From a virus, in the IMG/VR virus record IMGVR_UViG_3300009285_000015, positions 1-48,536 of that record: DNA of 48,536 nt. One strand, written 5' to 3'. Below, piece after piece: positions 48,471 to 48,536 of the stretch. The position numbers and the translations under genes are program-made. Numbering within the stretch: the first letter of the stretch is position 1; each line of letters starts with the position of its first letter. The notes beneath the pieces are model-generated. The model had not been told where the DNA came from. It did not search any database and was given only the letters and a program-made list of their open reading frames with translations.

Positions 48471-48536
48471 GCTGTTCTCCTATCGTCCGACAGTGAAGGT
48501 CTTAAAAACTTGAAATGTTCTCTCAGCGCCTTCTGC
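48460..48536. repeat. Terminal direct repeat, right copy (identical to 1..77)
   Basis: Exact 77-nt identity with the window start. Confidence 0.95.

Overview
The window is a complete, circularly closed tailed-phage genome. Bases 1-77 recur exactly at 48460-48536, which looks like an assembly overlap, leaving about 48,459 bp of unique sequence. Gene order runs cleanly across that junction.

Two divergent arms leave a ~1.7-kb ORF-poor, repeat-dense control region (10986-12694).

(1) The minus-strand packaging/virion/lysis arm runs from 10985 down to 21, then across the junction from 48470 down to 30795. Its order is podovirus-like: TerS-like, TerL, portal, scaffold-like, capsid, fibre/receptor-binding genes, a lysis cassette, tubular-like proteins, then Gly/Gln-rich and very large internal/ejection-type proteins.

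(2) The plus-strand early/replication arm spans 12390-30838. It carries an AAA+/vWA pair, a sigma-70-family factor, one inverted RepA/DnaB-like helicase, a Cas4-like nuclease, a Sak4-like ATPase, a UDG-like protein, a family-A DNA polymerase, an exonuclease and nucleotide-metabolism genes.

I recognised no tRNA, rRNA, CRISPR array, integrase, reverse transcriptase or phage RNA polymerase.

The most striking feature is a roughly 19-member (plus about 5 divergent) family of 48-88-codon Cys/His miniprotein genes. They share an invariant Cys-Gly-His core and a C-terminal CxC/CxxC. They sit between almost every replication gene, usually joined to neighbours by stop/start overlaps. Ten of them are missing from the supplied >=60-aa ORF track.

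Other notable points:
- The large terminase is split into separate ATPase and nuclease ORFs by a three-gene insertion (secreted S1 protease, 46-aa membrane peptide, glycosyltransferase).
- A LAGLIDADG homing-endonuclease remnant is present.
- Twin micro-ORFs/hairpins lie upstream of a GC-rich early gene.
- Several phased palindromes and repeats look like operators, promoters or an origin.
- Base composition is strongly mosaic, with GC-rich tail-fibre cassettes in an otherwise AT-rich genome.

All functional calls come from reading motifs and synteny in the translations. No database search was possible, so family names are hypotheses to confirm.
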